Shown here: positions 1 to 12,545 of the stretch, in pieces
Layout of the letters: each line of letters starts with the position of its first letter
How positions within the stretch are numbered: position 1 is the first letter of the stretch
Origin: Octopus sinensis
Lineage: Eukaryota
Direction of reading: 5' to 3'
NCBI RefSeq assembly: GCF_006345805.1
Contig: NC_043006.1
Span: 104,036,001 to 104,100,000, forward strand
Length of the DNA stretch: 64,000 bases
The notes under the pieces: generated by a model
What the model saw: the letters and a program-made list of their open reading frames with translations, nothing else
What the model was told of the DNA's origin: nothing
Database searches by the model: none
Made by a program: the position numbers and the translations under genes

Positions 1-460
1 GTGGTAGTAAAAGAGGTGGAGGATAAGGGGGAGAAACGGTTGAGGGAGGAATAAGAGGCGGAGATAGAAGCAAATGAGGAGGAGGAGGAGGAGGAGGAGG
101 AGTGAAGAGAGAAGTGAGGAAGAAGACTTATAGAAGAACGAGTAGGAAGTAATTGAGGGGGAGGAAGATGAGGAGAAGGAGGAGGATACCAGTAAGTGAG
201 AAGGAGAGAAATGAAGAATTTTCGATTAATGAATAACTGACTTAAAGTATTCCATTTAAAAGACGTAAGTGAATGAAAATGGTAAAGAAACGACAATGAA
301 TGAACCAATGAATCAATGGAGATAAGAATGAATGTATACTAAGAAGGAATAGGTGAATGAAAGAGTGAAGGAATGAATGAACGAACAACGTTTGTTATTA
401 TGAATGAATGAGAATAAAATATACAAATGACAAGAGTGAATGAATTTATGAATGAATGTT
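1..460. repeat. Purine-rich (GAG/GA)n low-complexity tract grading into degenerate (TGAA)n
   Basis: gaggaggaggag runs at 77-102 and repeated gaatgaatgaa at about 270-460. Confidence 0.85.
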
Positions 461-649
461 TGAATGTGTGTCTACACAGGCATAGATACTACATATATGA
501 ATAAATATGTGTGTATTTATGTATGTGTGTGTATTGAGAGAGAGATATATATATATACAAACACATATATATGTATACATGCACACATATGTATACTTGT
601 ATGTGTGTATGCATATGTATGCGAGTGCATGTATAGATATATATATATG

Positions 650-1062
650 TATGTATGTAAGTAAGTAAGTATGTATGTATGTATGCATGTATGTATGTAA
701 ATATGTATGTATGTATGTATGTGTGTATATATGTATGTATGTATGTGTGTATGTATGTATGTATGTATGTATGTATGTATGTATGTGTGTATGTATGTAT
801 GTATGTATGTATGTATGTGTGTATGCATGTATGTATGTATGTATGTGTGTATGTATGTATGTGTGTATGTATGTATGTATGTATGTGTGTATGTATGTAT
901 GTATGTATGTATGTATGTATGTATGTGTGTATGTATGTATGTATGTATGTATGTATGTGTATGTATGTATGTATGTATGTATGTATGTATGTATGTATGT
1001 ATGTATGTATGTATGTGCGTATGTATGTATGTATGTATGTATGTATGTATGCATGTATGTAT
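650..1062. repeat. (TATG)n microsatellite
   Basis: About 400 bp of gtat/gtgt repeats; source of the HTYI/MYVC pseudo-ORFs. Confidence 0.97.
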
Positions 1063-1153
1063 ACACGCTCCATTATGAATGGAAAAAGGAAAGCAGGGCA
1101 GCGAAATTTGAGGAGAAATATAATGTAAACAAGGAAGGAATGAAAATATATAT

Positions 1154-1253
1154 NNNNNNNNNNNNNNNNNNNNNNNNNNNNNNNNNNNNNNNNNNNNNNN
1201 NNNNNNNNNNNNNNNNNNNNNNNNNNNNNNNNNNNNNNNNNNNNNNNNNNNNN
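1154..1253. other. Assembly gap (100 N)
   Basis: Run of exactly 100 n, a typical placeholder for a gap of unknown size. Confidence 0.99.
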
Positions 1254-2400
1254 AAAACAAAGCGTTAATCATATTGTATGGAGATGAATGTCTCTCTTGA
1301 TGCTTGTTGGTACCTTGCAAACCATTTTGCAAATGGACCAAATTGAGGACTCAGTTTGCTTGAGTGCCGGGGATAATTTATTATGTGTTTTCTTGAGTGG
1401 ACAGCAAGATCACAAAACCAGAAGGACAGCTATGGTTTCCATTTAGAGCAGCAGCGTTTTGCCAGCTTGCCTTCAAACTTGTACGATGTTAGAATCGACT
1501 TTGCTCAAATTTTTGAACTGAGAAGAAGTAGGACTGGCGCCAGTTTCAGCGTTCTGATGCTTATAGTTTTAGTAGATTCATTTACTGAGTCCACGACAGT
1601 GACTCTCTTTCAATTTTGACGAATTTTCTGAAGGACAACACAACGATATCTATTCTTACTATTTTGAGTTTTATTACCTGATATTCTTGAACGCACGGCC
1701 AGAGAAGAAAATCTCCTTCGGTTCTCTCATTCTTGCTTGCTAAAGTTTCTCTTTCATCATAAAAACCACTAAATAGAGTAAATCCTGCCAATTGCTCATT
1801 TTTAGAAGGATTATGGACTCGGTTCAGAATATGATTATTTCGGTACGTGCCAACGGGTTCTCAACATAAGTCCGAAAGTCTGGTTACGGTCAGACTTAGA
1901 ACGAAGGCCCGCATGCAGATTTCATCAATATATGCGTACCTCCGACAGGGTAGCGGCTCAAATCTACCGAGAGGCAAAATGCGTTTTTGGATATCCATCC
2001 CGCTTCACTGGGATACTCGCTTGTTGTCCAGAGGGACCGGATTGAGAATTTTTCTGGCCATTGCAAGGGAGCCAGTCAGTCAGAAACAGCAGTGCTGCTG
2101 CTGCTGCTTATGCTGTTGTTGCAGTCGGCGGTGCCAGTGTTTCCGTCGTTCACACGGCGAAGACGGGAGAGGTGGTGTTGCTGTTGTGGTGGAGGTGTTG
2201 GTAATGGCAGCGGCGGCGGCGACAGTGATTGTCGAAGGAATGTTGTTTTCGGTAGGAGTGGAAGTGTTGCTGATCGACAAAAGGGTGTCGGTGGGGACAG
2301 AAAAAAACCCAAAAATTTGAAGCAAAAAAAAAAAAAAAAACGGCCGTCACTAAACACCATAGTGTAGTGATGGTAGCGACAGGTGCAGTCTTTAACTACC
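1254..2400 (-). other. Possible non-coding first exon / 5' UTR of a gene extending left of the gap
   Basis: About 1.1 kb of repeat-free, CpG-richer sequence with short (GCC)/(CAG)/(CAA) runs and a T17 tract on the minus strand; only short unrecognisable ORFs. Inference only. Confidence 0.3.
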
Positions 2401-2553
2401 GAATAAATTGCTTTTAGTAGTTAGTTTCAACAGTAACCTAATTTCTATTGATTCAAACATATAATATATAATATATATATATTATATATATATATATATA
2501 TTATATATATATATATGTGTGTATGTGTGTGTGTGTGTGTATGTGTGTGTATT

Positions 2554-2922
2554 ACGGCACTCCGTCGGTTACGACGACAAGAGTCGCTGTTGATCCAATC
2601 AACGGAACAGCCTGCTCGTTAAATTAACGTGCAAGTGGCTGAGCACTCCACAGACACGTGTACCCATAACGTAGTTCTTGGGGGAGCGTCAGTGTGACAA
2701 GGCCGGCCCTACGAAATACTGGTACAACAGAAACAGAAAGAAAGAGTGAGAGAAATTTGTGGTGAAAGAGTAGAGCAGGGTTTGCCACCACTCCTTGCCG
2801 GATCCGCGTGGAGCTTCATGTGTTTTCGCTCAATAAACACTCACAACGCCCGGTCTGGGAATCGAAACCGCAATCCGATGACCGCGAGTCCGCTGCCCTA
2901 ACCACTGGGCCACTGCACCTCC
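2554..2922 (-). mobile_element. tRNA-derived SINE, family C
   Basis: Minus-strand head GGAGGTGCAGTGGCCCAGTGGTTAGGGCAGCGG with B box GTTTCGATTCC; body shared with 17270-17545 and 62520-62810. Confidence 0.85.
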
Positions 2923-2979
2923 ACACACAAACGCACACACACACACGCACATACACACACGCACACACACATATATATA

Positions 2980-3190
2980 TAGGGTATCCCAAAAGTAGGG
3001 CTACAGTTATCATGTAGGCACTTACTACATCTTTTAAAACGTTTTATTTCATTTAAATTTCTATCTTACAATTAACTAAATTAGCACAGAATAATGGTTT
3101 AATTTTTTTTATATAATTAAGATCTAAACTATTAATATATGAATGTGAAGGGGAAGTTGAACAACTGTAAACCTACTTTTGGCCACCCTG
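2980..3190. mobile_element. Tc1/mariner-type MITE
   Basis: Left TAGGGTATCCCAAAAGTAGGGCTACAGTT matches the reverse complement of the right end (CAGGGTGGCCAAAAGTAGGTTTACAGTT); TA flanks. Confidence 0.8.
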
Positions 3191-3294
3191 TATATACATA
3201 CATACATACACACACACACTATAATATATATATATATATCTATATATATATTATATATATATATATAGACATACACTATATATATATAGATTCT

Positions 3295-3668
3295 TTACAT
3301 TCTTTCTTTCACTTGTTTCACAGTCATTTGACTGCGGTCATGCTGGAGCACCGCCTTTAGTCGAGCAAATCGACTCCAGGATATCATTCTTTGTAAGCCT
3401 AGTACTTATTGTATCGGTTCTTTGTGCCAAACCGCTAAGTTACTGGGGCATAAACACACCAGCATCGGTTGTTAAGCGATGTTGGGGAGACAAACACACA
3501 CACACACACATATGTATACGGCGGTCTTCTTTCAGTTTCCGTCCACCAAATCCACTCACAAGGCTTTGGTCGCCCGGAAGCTATAGTAGAAGACACTTGC
3601 TCAAGATGCACGTACTGGTACTGACTCGGAAACATGTGGTTGGTAAGCAAGCTACTTACCATATAGCC
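3295..3668 (-). mobile_element. tRNA-derived SINE, family A (internal microsatellite)
   Basis: Matches the family A consensus seen at 7183-7614, 25366-25855 and 61547-61960. Confidence 0.9.
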
Positions 3669-3671
3669 ATA

Positions 3672-3903
3672 TCGTAGCTATTATGCATAAGAGTCGTAAG
3701 TCAGAAAATGAAAAAGAAAGAATATTTTCTCCATTCCATAGCGAAATAATTGTACAACACTTTAACAATTTTTGATATCTTGGCATCTGAAGCAGCTGGA
3801 GATACGATAGTCTGACCAAAAGATACGGATATTGCAAGCAAAAATAAATATTTAAAAAAAGAAATTTTTTTGGACATACGACTGTTTAACATAATAGCAA
3901 CGA
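3672..3903. mobile_element. TIR-bounded MITE, copy 1
   Basis: Imperfect ~30-bp TIR (TCGTAGCTATTATGCATAAGAGTCGTAAGTC vs reverse complement of right end TCGTTGCTATTATGTTAAACAGTCGTATGTC); core shared with 7621-7986. Confidence 0.75.
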
Positions 3904-5789
3904 TGTATATTGTTGTCGTTGTCGTGGTCGTCGTAATTTCTGTTTGTTCATCTGCCTTGCGGGTGTTTACCGTTCTTTAAATATCTCCGCCATTCCCTGT
4001 TTCTGTCTACATCCAGCGGACATATCCAATGACTTATCGACATGTGAGATCCATTGTTTGTCGGTGTCCAACAGTCCCCTTGTTTGTGTCTCTATGTGGC
4101 TACATAGAAGAAGTTCCTATCAGTAGCAGTTAGAAATAGCAACCGAAACACTTTTCAGCTTCACATAGTGATCTTAAGAAAATCATTATAAATGCTACAG
4201 ACATAAGTACATCGACCCCAGTGTCCAACTGGTACTTATTTTAGTGACCTCGAAAAGTTGAAAGGCAAAATGACCCCCAGCGAAATTTGAACCCGAACAT
4301 AAAGACGGACGAAATGCATCAACAGCAAGTAACAAGATGCAGGGTGGTTGTGCGGTCACGAATATAGCTTGGCAACCCTATTGCTCTGTGTTCGATCTTA
4401 CAGCAAGGCACATTGGAATTTAAGAGATATAAGCACGCCACCATCGTTGCCAAGCGATGGTGAGGGGGACAAATGGCGAGTGGAGACTATTGTGCACAAG
4501 AAAATGTGTTTCATCACACGAGTTTCCATACAGAATCTTGCAAGCGAAATTCTAAAGCGAAACACGGTATGTGCGGGTCAGCCAGGGTCCCACCATCCAA
4601 CTGGTCAAACTGTTGCTGGAAGGCTGACCGGTGATCAAGGTGGACTGATTTATAGGTCACATGCAGCCTTTAGTAGCCTTATGAAACATCATTAGCAATG
4701 GGGAGACCAAACGCGAGACGCTTCTTAGAGGGAAACATAAATATATATATGTATGTATGTATGTGTGTGTATGTGTGTATGTGTGTGTGTATGTGTGTAT
4801 GTCTTTCACCGTTCTATATTGGTAAAGGATATAAACTCCAGCAACGAAGTCCAAAGTTATAATTGTTCTACATCAAGTGACATACACTTCCTTGCTAATT
4901 GCACTGGGGAATATTGTTAGCCATTATTACGCCCAGTGGAAGTCCCTAAGCATTTTGGCCAAAAGAAAAAAGAGAAGAATTATGAATGGCTTATATAATT
5001 TTTGGAGGTTTCACTTTCAGTATGGTTTGTGGTTGTCACGACTCATTATGTTGAAATGTACGTCAACTAAAAGGGATATCTCTTCTAAGTGCACCAGCTA
5101 GACTTTATATAAATATCCTTTGTTGCTGATGAACTTTGTAAACAGCTGTCGTTGTTATGTACTCGCAAATCAACTCTGGACCGACAGAGTTACTCGTAAA
5201 AGTATGCCATACTCAACATAACCCTCTTTAATGTTTTACGACAAGGATTATTACATCATGCGCACACATGTACACAAGCTTACGTACACCTTCAAACACT
5301 CACACACAAATACACACACACACACACACATACACACACGCGCGTACTCCCACATATACATGCAAACATATGAATGCATTTATGTAAACACAAACATAAG
5401 CACACACACGCGCGAAACGCTTCGCCCGGTTTCCGAACCGGGCTATGCATTAAATCCTTAAGCAAAAGGCTTCATTCCATATTGCTCCAGTCCATTCAGA
5501 GAAACCAGGAAACCGGCTATATGTTTCTGTATGACTCGGAAAGGACCCTTATTCTATGGACAACGATATCTAGTGGATTCTATAATCCATTGTTTCCTTT
5601 ATTTCTTAACACAACAGTGTTATCTCGAGGGATATTTACCTACTATTTCTAGTTGTTCCAACGAGCACATAGAGGCTCACCTTTTTGCCGCTCTGCATCA
5701 TCACACTCTATATTGGTTTCAAATTTTGGCACAAGGCCAGCAATTTTGATGGGAGGGGTTTAAGTCGATTACATTGAATCCAGTGTTCA

Positions 5790-6455
5790 ATTGGCGGTGA
5801 GATGGCAGAAACGTTAGCACGCCGGGCGAAATGCGTAGCCGTATTTCGTCTGCCGTTACGTTCTGAGTTCATATTCCGCCGAGGTCGACTTTGCCTTTCA
5901 TCCTTTCGGGGTCGATTAAATAAGTACCTTTCATCCTTCGGGGTCGATTAAATAAGTACCTTTCATCCTTCGGGGTCGATTAAATAAGTACCTTTCATCC
6001 TTCGGGGTCGATTAAATAAGTATCGCACTGGGGTACATATAATCGACTTAATCCGTTTGTCTGTCCTTGTTTGTCCTCTCTGTGTTTAGCCTCTTGTGGG
6101 TAGTAAAGAAATAGGTATTTATTTTATCGACCCCGAAAGGATAAGAAGCAAAGTCGACTCCAGCAGCATCTGAACTCAGAACTTAAAGACAGACGAAGTG
6201 TCGCCAAGCAATTTGCCCGGTGTGCTAACGATTCTGCCAGCTCACTAATCTAATATATCCTTTAATACGATTGGTTTCAAATCTTGGTACAAAGTGAGCA
6301 ATTTCGGTGGTGAGGTTTAAGTCGATTACATCGGTCCCAGTAATTTAACTGGTACTTATTTCATCGAACCTGAAAGGCATCTAAATTCAGAAGGTAAAGA
6401 CGGACGAAATGCCGCTAAGCATTTTGCCCGTCGTGCTAACGATTCCGCCAAGCTC
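5790..6455. mobile_element. Cluster of SINE family B copies with an internal 32-bp tandem amplification
   Basis: Head GGCGGTGAGATGGCAGAAACGTTAG with B-box-like GAGTTCA(A/T)ATTCC; four copies of CCTTTCATCCTTCGGGGTCGATTAAATAAGTA at 5894-6022; minus-strand copies at about 6120-6245 and 6270-6455. Confidence 0.85.
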
Positions 6456-7017
6456 ACCACCAAGTTCACCGCCGCCACCATAATCTATAAAACTACATTA
6501 TATTATCATTATCCTACATGCCACTCGCGCCAGACTTAATCATTCACGTTGTGACAGGTGCAGTAAATATGACATTAGGTAGCAAAAGGCTTCCGCATTG
6601 GCTCCAATGTGGTTTATCTGCTAAGTGGTGTTTGTAAGCGAAGCCGTCCTCACAAAGGCTGCTGCTATCGTGATACGGCGTGGGATTGTACGCAAACATT
6701 GAAACACACGCTGTAGACTTCGTACGGTTACATGACGTAATTGGAGACTTAATACTCCTTGCTACTCATGAGCTATCAAGCAAGAAGCTAAAGGAGATAT
6801 TAATTCGAAAGAGAGAACTGAGCAGCTGTTCTCAAAACAGATAAGCAAACAAATAAATACACAAAACATGATGACAACGCTCGATGTTGCCAGGTATTTA
6901 TTTACATAGATACACACACACACACACACATGCAAATACAGATACACAAACACATATTTATATACACACATACATACGTGAATGCATACATAATTACAAA
7001 GACATGTACATCCATTC

Positions 7018-7051
<34 letters not shown>

Positions 7052-7126
7052 ATATATATATATTATATATATACACGTGTATGACAGTGTGTACACCGCA
7101 TACGTTAGGGTGTACAAGCATTTATA

Positions 7127-7165
<39 letters not shown>

Positions 7166-7182
7166 GAATATATATATATATA

Positions 7183-7397
7183 CTCCTTACTCTTTTTACT
7201 CTTTTACTTGTTTCGGCTATTTGACTGCGGCCATGCTGGAGCACCGCCTTTAGTCGAGCAAATCGACCCCAGGACTTATTCTTTTTAAGCCTAGTACTTA
7301 TTCTATCGGTATCTTTTGCCGAACCGCTAGGTTACGGGGAGGTAAACACACCAGCATCGGTTGTCAAGCGATATTGGGGGACAAACACAGACACACA

Positions 7398-7473
<76 letters not shown>

Positions 7474-7614
7474 CGGCGGGCTTCTTTCAGTTTCCGTCTA
7501 CCAAATCCAGTCATAAGGCTTTGGTCGGCTATAGTAGAAGCCACTTGCCCGGAACTGAACCCGGAACTATGTGGTTGGTAAGCAAGCTATTTACTACATA
7601 GCCGGTCCTGCGCC
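7183..7614 (-). mobile_element. tRNA-derived SINE, family A, near full length
   Basis: Head GGCGCAGG...GGCTATGTAGTAAATAGCTTGCTTACC, internal (TA)n(TG)n, tail GACTAAAGGCGGTGCTCCAGCATGGCCGCAGTCAAAT...GTAAAAGAG. Confidence 0.93.
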
Positions 7615-7620
7615 TATATA

Positions 7621-7983
7621 TCATTGCTATTATGTAAAAGTGTCGTAAGTCCAAAATTTTGCCTTTTTAGAAAAATAATTTCACCATTCCATTTCTTTTT
7701 ACATTAGCACCAGTTTCAGCTTAACAATAATAATTTGTTGGAGGCATAAAAATCGTAACTCCATGCATGTATGATGTATTCAGTCAGAAATATATTTGCA
7801 AAAGTGTTGTGTGCGGGACTTACTGCAATTTTGAAAAATACTAAACCGTTGTATTACACTTTGACACTTTTCATATCTTGGCATTTGAAGCAGCTGGAGA
7901 AACGATAGTCTGACCAAAATTAAATACTGGAAAAAAAACACATTTGACCAAATTTGGACATACGGCAGTTTCAAATAATAGCA

Positions 7984-7986
<3 letters not shown>
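7621..7986. mobile_element. TIR-bounded MITE, copy 2 (same family as 3672-3903)
   Basis: TIR TTGCTATTATGTAAAAGTGTCGTAAGTCCAAAA vs TTGCTATTATTTGAAACTGCCGTATGTCCAAAT; shared core ATATCTTGGCAT(C/T)TGAAGCAGCTGGAGA(T/A)ACGATAGTCTGACCAAAA. Confidence 0.75.
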
Positions 7987-8040
<54 letters not shown>

Positions 8041-8041
8041 G

Positions 8042-8097
<56 letters not shown>

Positions 8098-8254
8098 TGT
8101 GTGTGTGTGTATGTATGTGTATATATATGCATGCAGACGAAAAAGAAAACACGTATACTTATGCAAACACGCGTACCCATACAGAAGTACGCACCGAGCG
8201 CACGCGGGCGCGCACACACACAAACACACAGATACACTTCTAAATACACAAACA

Positions 8255-8570
8255 TACGTTTGGTTGTGGGTTTTATGTCGGAGTTATCCCAGTTACCTGA
8301 GTTACCTTCTCCTAGAAGGATGCCCTAACGAAGGCTAGGAGTCCTTCACTCCCAATGGTTTAACCCCGCGATCGGGTATTCAGTCCGATTATTTCTATGT
8401 CTCCGCGCATGATACATCCTTAAGGCATTTATTCGATGGCCGATGACTCTCAAGAGTTCCTCCGCCCTTTGACGGGTTTTGTTTTTCATCCCGCAGGGTG
8501 TCCAATAAACACCCTCCTCACCAAGCAAGCTTGGTGGGGTTGCCGGTTTACTCGCCGATGACCCAACATA
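8255..8570 (-). mobile_element. Dispersed repeat resembling an RTE-type LINE 5' region
   Basis: GGCAACCCCACCAAGCTTGCTTGG...GTCAAAGGGCGGAGGAACTC is shared with 50265-50380 (+); the AGGGCATCC...GGAGAAGGTAACTC segment resembles RTE 5' UTRs as I recall them. Confidence 0.55.
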
Positions 8571-8606
8571 CATACATACATACAAACATATACTGGCAAA
8601 CATATG

Positions 8607-8637
<31 letters not shown>

Positions 8638-8639
<2 letters not shown>

Positions 8640-9175
8640 TTGCATATACACACAGATACTTACATGCACATATATAAATATACGTCTCCATGCCTAAGTA
8701 TGTGATAATACACACACGCCGAGGTCGACCTTGCCTTTCATCTTTTCGATGTCGATAAGTTAAATACCAAACGCGTACTGGAATCGATCTAATCCGCTGG
8801 CTCTCTCCCCCAAAACTTCTGGCCTTGTCCCTAGAGTAGAAAAGAATACACACACATATATACATTAATCACGTTTAACACACACATTTACCGTGGCTAG
8901 TTTAAGGGAGAAGAACAGAAAAAAAGAAAGAAAAGCAAAAAGAACCGGATAAATGGGGGTGGGGTCGAAAGGATGACAAGATGGATGAAAGAAGAGAAAA
9001 TAAAGAAAGCGTTTTAATTTTTATAAAGTCCAGTCTATAAAAAATGTAAGGAGATGGAAAATAAAATTAAAAGGAGAAAAAGAAAGAGGAAGATGAGTTG
9101 TAATAAAGTAATCGTGTGTATATACACATGTCCATATATGCACACATATAGACGGAAACTGAAAGAAGCCCGTTG

Positions 9176-9206
<31 letters not shown>

Positions 9207-9785
9207 ATGTATGTGTATATATATATATATACTTGCATATACACACAGATACTTACATGCACATATATAAATATACGTCTCCATGCCTAAGTATGTGATA
9301 ATACACACACGCCGAGGTCGACCTTGCCTTTCATCTTTTCGATGTCGATAAGTTAAATACCAAACGCGTACTGGAATCGATCTAATCCGCTGGCTCTCTC
9401 CCCCAAAACTTCTGGCCTTGTCCCTAGAGTAGAAAAGAATACACACACATATATACATTAATCACGTTTAACACACACATTTACCGTGGCTAGTTTAAGG
9501 GAGAAGAACAGAAAAAAAGAAAGAAAAGCAAAAAGAACCGGATAAATGGGGGTGGGGTCGAAAGGATGACAAGATGGATGAAAGAAGAGAAAATAAAGAA
9601 AGCGTTTTAATTTTTATAAAGTCCAGTCTATAAAAAATGTAAGGAGATGGAAAATAAAATTAAAAGGAGAAAAAGAAAGAGGAAGATGAGTTGTAATAAA
9701 GTAATCGTGTGTATATACACATGTCCATATATGCACACATATAGACGGAAACTGAAAGAAGCCCGTTGTATATATATATATATAT
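8638..9785. repeat. 593-bp direct tandem duplication (about two units)
   Basis: ACTTGCATATACACACAG starts at 8638 and 9231; units look identical outside the microsatellite junction. Confidence 0.92.
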
Positions 9786-9858
9786 ATGTGACCGCGTGTG
9801 TATCGTTGGCGATTTTTTTCCCTCCGTCTTCCCTTCCTTGGATCTTTCCTTTCTCTAT

Positions 9859-9893
9859 GTTTCTGACGAAGAGCTCCGCTCGAAACGTTAAAT
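9859..9893 (+). ncRNA. Minimal hammerhead ribozyme motif (Penelope-type)
   Basis: GTTT-CTGACGA-A-GAGC(TCC)GCTC-GAAA-CGT-T-AAAT: stem I gttt/aaat, stem II 4 bp, loopless palindromic ACGT stem III, GUU site. Confidence 0.6.
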
Positions 9894-10010
9894 CTTCCTT
9901 CTTTCTTTCCTTTCCTGAGCGTCCAATAACACTATACTTGTTCCACGTCCTCACGTTGTTGTGTTTTTTCTTTGTGTTTTCATGTTTGGATTAACTATAT
10001 ATATACATAT

Positions 10011-10075
<65 letters not shown>

Positions 10076-10931
10076 TGTATTTATGTGTGTATGTATGTGT
10101 GCGCATGCTGGTTTGTTTAAGTCACCACAGCTTAAAGGTTCCGCAAAAGGGAACGATAGAATTACTGGGGCCGATCATTCGAGTAAAAATTCTTGAAGGT
10201 GCCCCAGCATGGCCGCAATCAGACGACTAAAACAAATAAAAGATAAAAGATAAAAATACATATACATAATCGCGGACGCACACACACGCACACTCACTCA
10301 CTCACACACACACTCACTCACTCACACACACATGTATCTGTTGAGGCATGCAAGAAGAGCGAGAAAAATATTTTGATGCCTGAGACTTTAACTCAGGAAT
10401 TCGCCAAGGTACAGCAGCACAGAATAGCGAAGTCTGTAATTCTAGCGTTAGGTATTTCCCATTTTTGTTTCTTCCTTTACATCATTCACTGATTCGCTTC
10501 GTGTTCTTCGGGTTTGAACATTTTAAGTAAAACATTATCTCGTATCAACTTACACGACTACATGTTATGTATGTAGTATGTTGTTGATATTAGTGGAATG
10601 AACTGGTCAAAGAAATGGTTCGAAGACATTTGCTTCCTCTCTTTCTTTTCGATTATTTTTTTAAAAGGTTTGTTTTTCTTTGTGTCGGTTTTTGTAGCGT
10701 GCAATGGAGGGTCATTTTCCAGCACAGTCAGGCTTTTCTTTCTCTTTTTCAGTTTGTCCACTTGAGAATTTTGAAATAAATACACGCTCGAAGATAGTAA
10801 TGTAACGTTCTGAATTAATTTTGCTATCATCTAAGAAATTAGATGTCATATTGTTCCCGATAACTCTTGAAGACCCCAGAACATTTTGCCCCCACTATAT
10901 CTAACTGTTAGTTGTAACCGGTTGATACTGA

Positions 10932-11026
<95 letters not shown>

Positions 11027-11679
11027 CGCACTCACATACGTGTCTGTGTGGTTGCGTGTCGATTTTTAGTTACATGGGCACTTTACATTACTTAATAAGT
11101 GATTACTTTGTAGATTGATAGCCGTGTCTGTAAGAGGTGCTTACTAAGATAGCCGTACGGTTCTCTGAACGCATACTTCTCATTTTGTTTCCACAATGGT
11201 AGTTTACGGCTGTTCTTGTGCTAATTTAGAAGTACTTTCTTTCTCTGCTAATGAGTTAAATAGTTTTTTTCTCAACAAATCTTTGAGTTCATTCAGGAGC
11301 CAATATCGACCAAGATGCAATTCGACTGTGTCTCTGCCCCACCTTTACTTTGCTAACATAGACTACTATTGAGTTAAGACCAGTAAAAATGCATTCCATT
11401 TTTCTTGCTTGGAGCAATTTTTTGCTGGGCGAGACTAAACTGAAATTGACCCTCCTTAAAAATATCAGACACTTGGCATGTCTTAATCAAAAGAAAAAAT
11501 AATAAATATTTATCATAGTAACGTAAAGAATTAGGAAGAATTTTATGATAAAATCCTGGTGGGCGTCTAGTTTTTTCGTTCGTTTTTCAATTTTTTCTCA
11601 CAGTATATCTCTTTCATTTCACTTATATATGTTTGTATACGCGTGTGCGCGAATGCTTGTAAAATGAAGATTACTTTTA

Positions 11680-12499
11680 AGATGGCAACTTGGCAGAATC
11701 ATTAGCAGCTGGACAAGATGCTTAGAGGAATTTCATCCGTCTTTACGTTCTGAGCTTACATTCCACCAAGGTCGGCTGTGTTTTTCATCCTTTCGTGGTC
11801 GGTAAAATGAGTACCAGTCAAACATTGAGGTCGATGCAATCGACTTCTCCTTCCCTTCAAAAACTGCTAGCCCTGTGCCACACTTTGAAACGATTAAGTT
11901 AAAGTCTGTCAGACGGTGAACTGGCTGAATGGTTAGTACGCTTGACAAAATGTTCAGTTGTATTTCTTTCGGCTTTACGTCCTGAGTTCAAATTCCGCCG
12001 AAATCGACTTCGCCTTTCATCCTTTCGGGTTGATTAATCTAAGTACAAATTGAACACTGGGTTCGATGTGATTTCACGCCTTGTGTCAATAATCTTTTCT
12101 ATTATAGGCACAAGGCCTGAAATTTAGAGGAAGGGGATAGTCGATGACATCGACCCCAGAACTAAACTGGTATCTAATTTATCGAACCCGAAAGGATGAA
12201 AGGCGAAGTCGACCTTGGTGGAATTTGAACTCAGAACGTAACGGCAGACGAAATACCTATTTCTTTACTACCCACAAGGGGCTAAACACAGAGAGGACAA
12301 ACAATGACAGACAAACGGATTAACTCGATTATATCGACCCCAGTGCGTAACTGGTACTTAAGTTATCGACCCCGAAAGGATGAAAGGCAAAGTCGACCTC
12401 GACGGAATTTGAACTCACAACGTAACGGCAGATGAAATACTGCTAAGCATTTCGCCCGGCGTGCAAACGTTTCTGCCAGCTCGCCGCCTTCCTTGTGTC

Positions 12500-12545
<46 letters not shown>

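Noticed and set aside
446-1128. Long ORFs of [12 protein letters not shown] type here and throughout the track
   Set aside because: They are translations of (TATG)n, (TA)n, (CA)n, (TAGA)n and trinucleotide repeats, open in several frames on both strands.
1847-2367. ORFs of 81-157 aa with poly-C, poly-Q or poly-S runs
   Set aside because: They overlap on both strands over GC-rich triplet runs and have no recognisable domain.
3701-3892. ORF with a signal-peptide-like start (MSKKISFFKYLFLLAISVSFG)
   Set aside because: It lies wholly inside a TIR-bounded MITE; the second copy has stops in the same frame.
5120-5155. CTGATGA...AAACAGCTGTC hammerhead-like string
   Set aside because: G12 is missing and stem I cannot pair.
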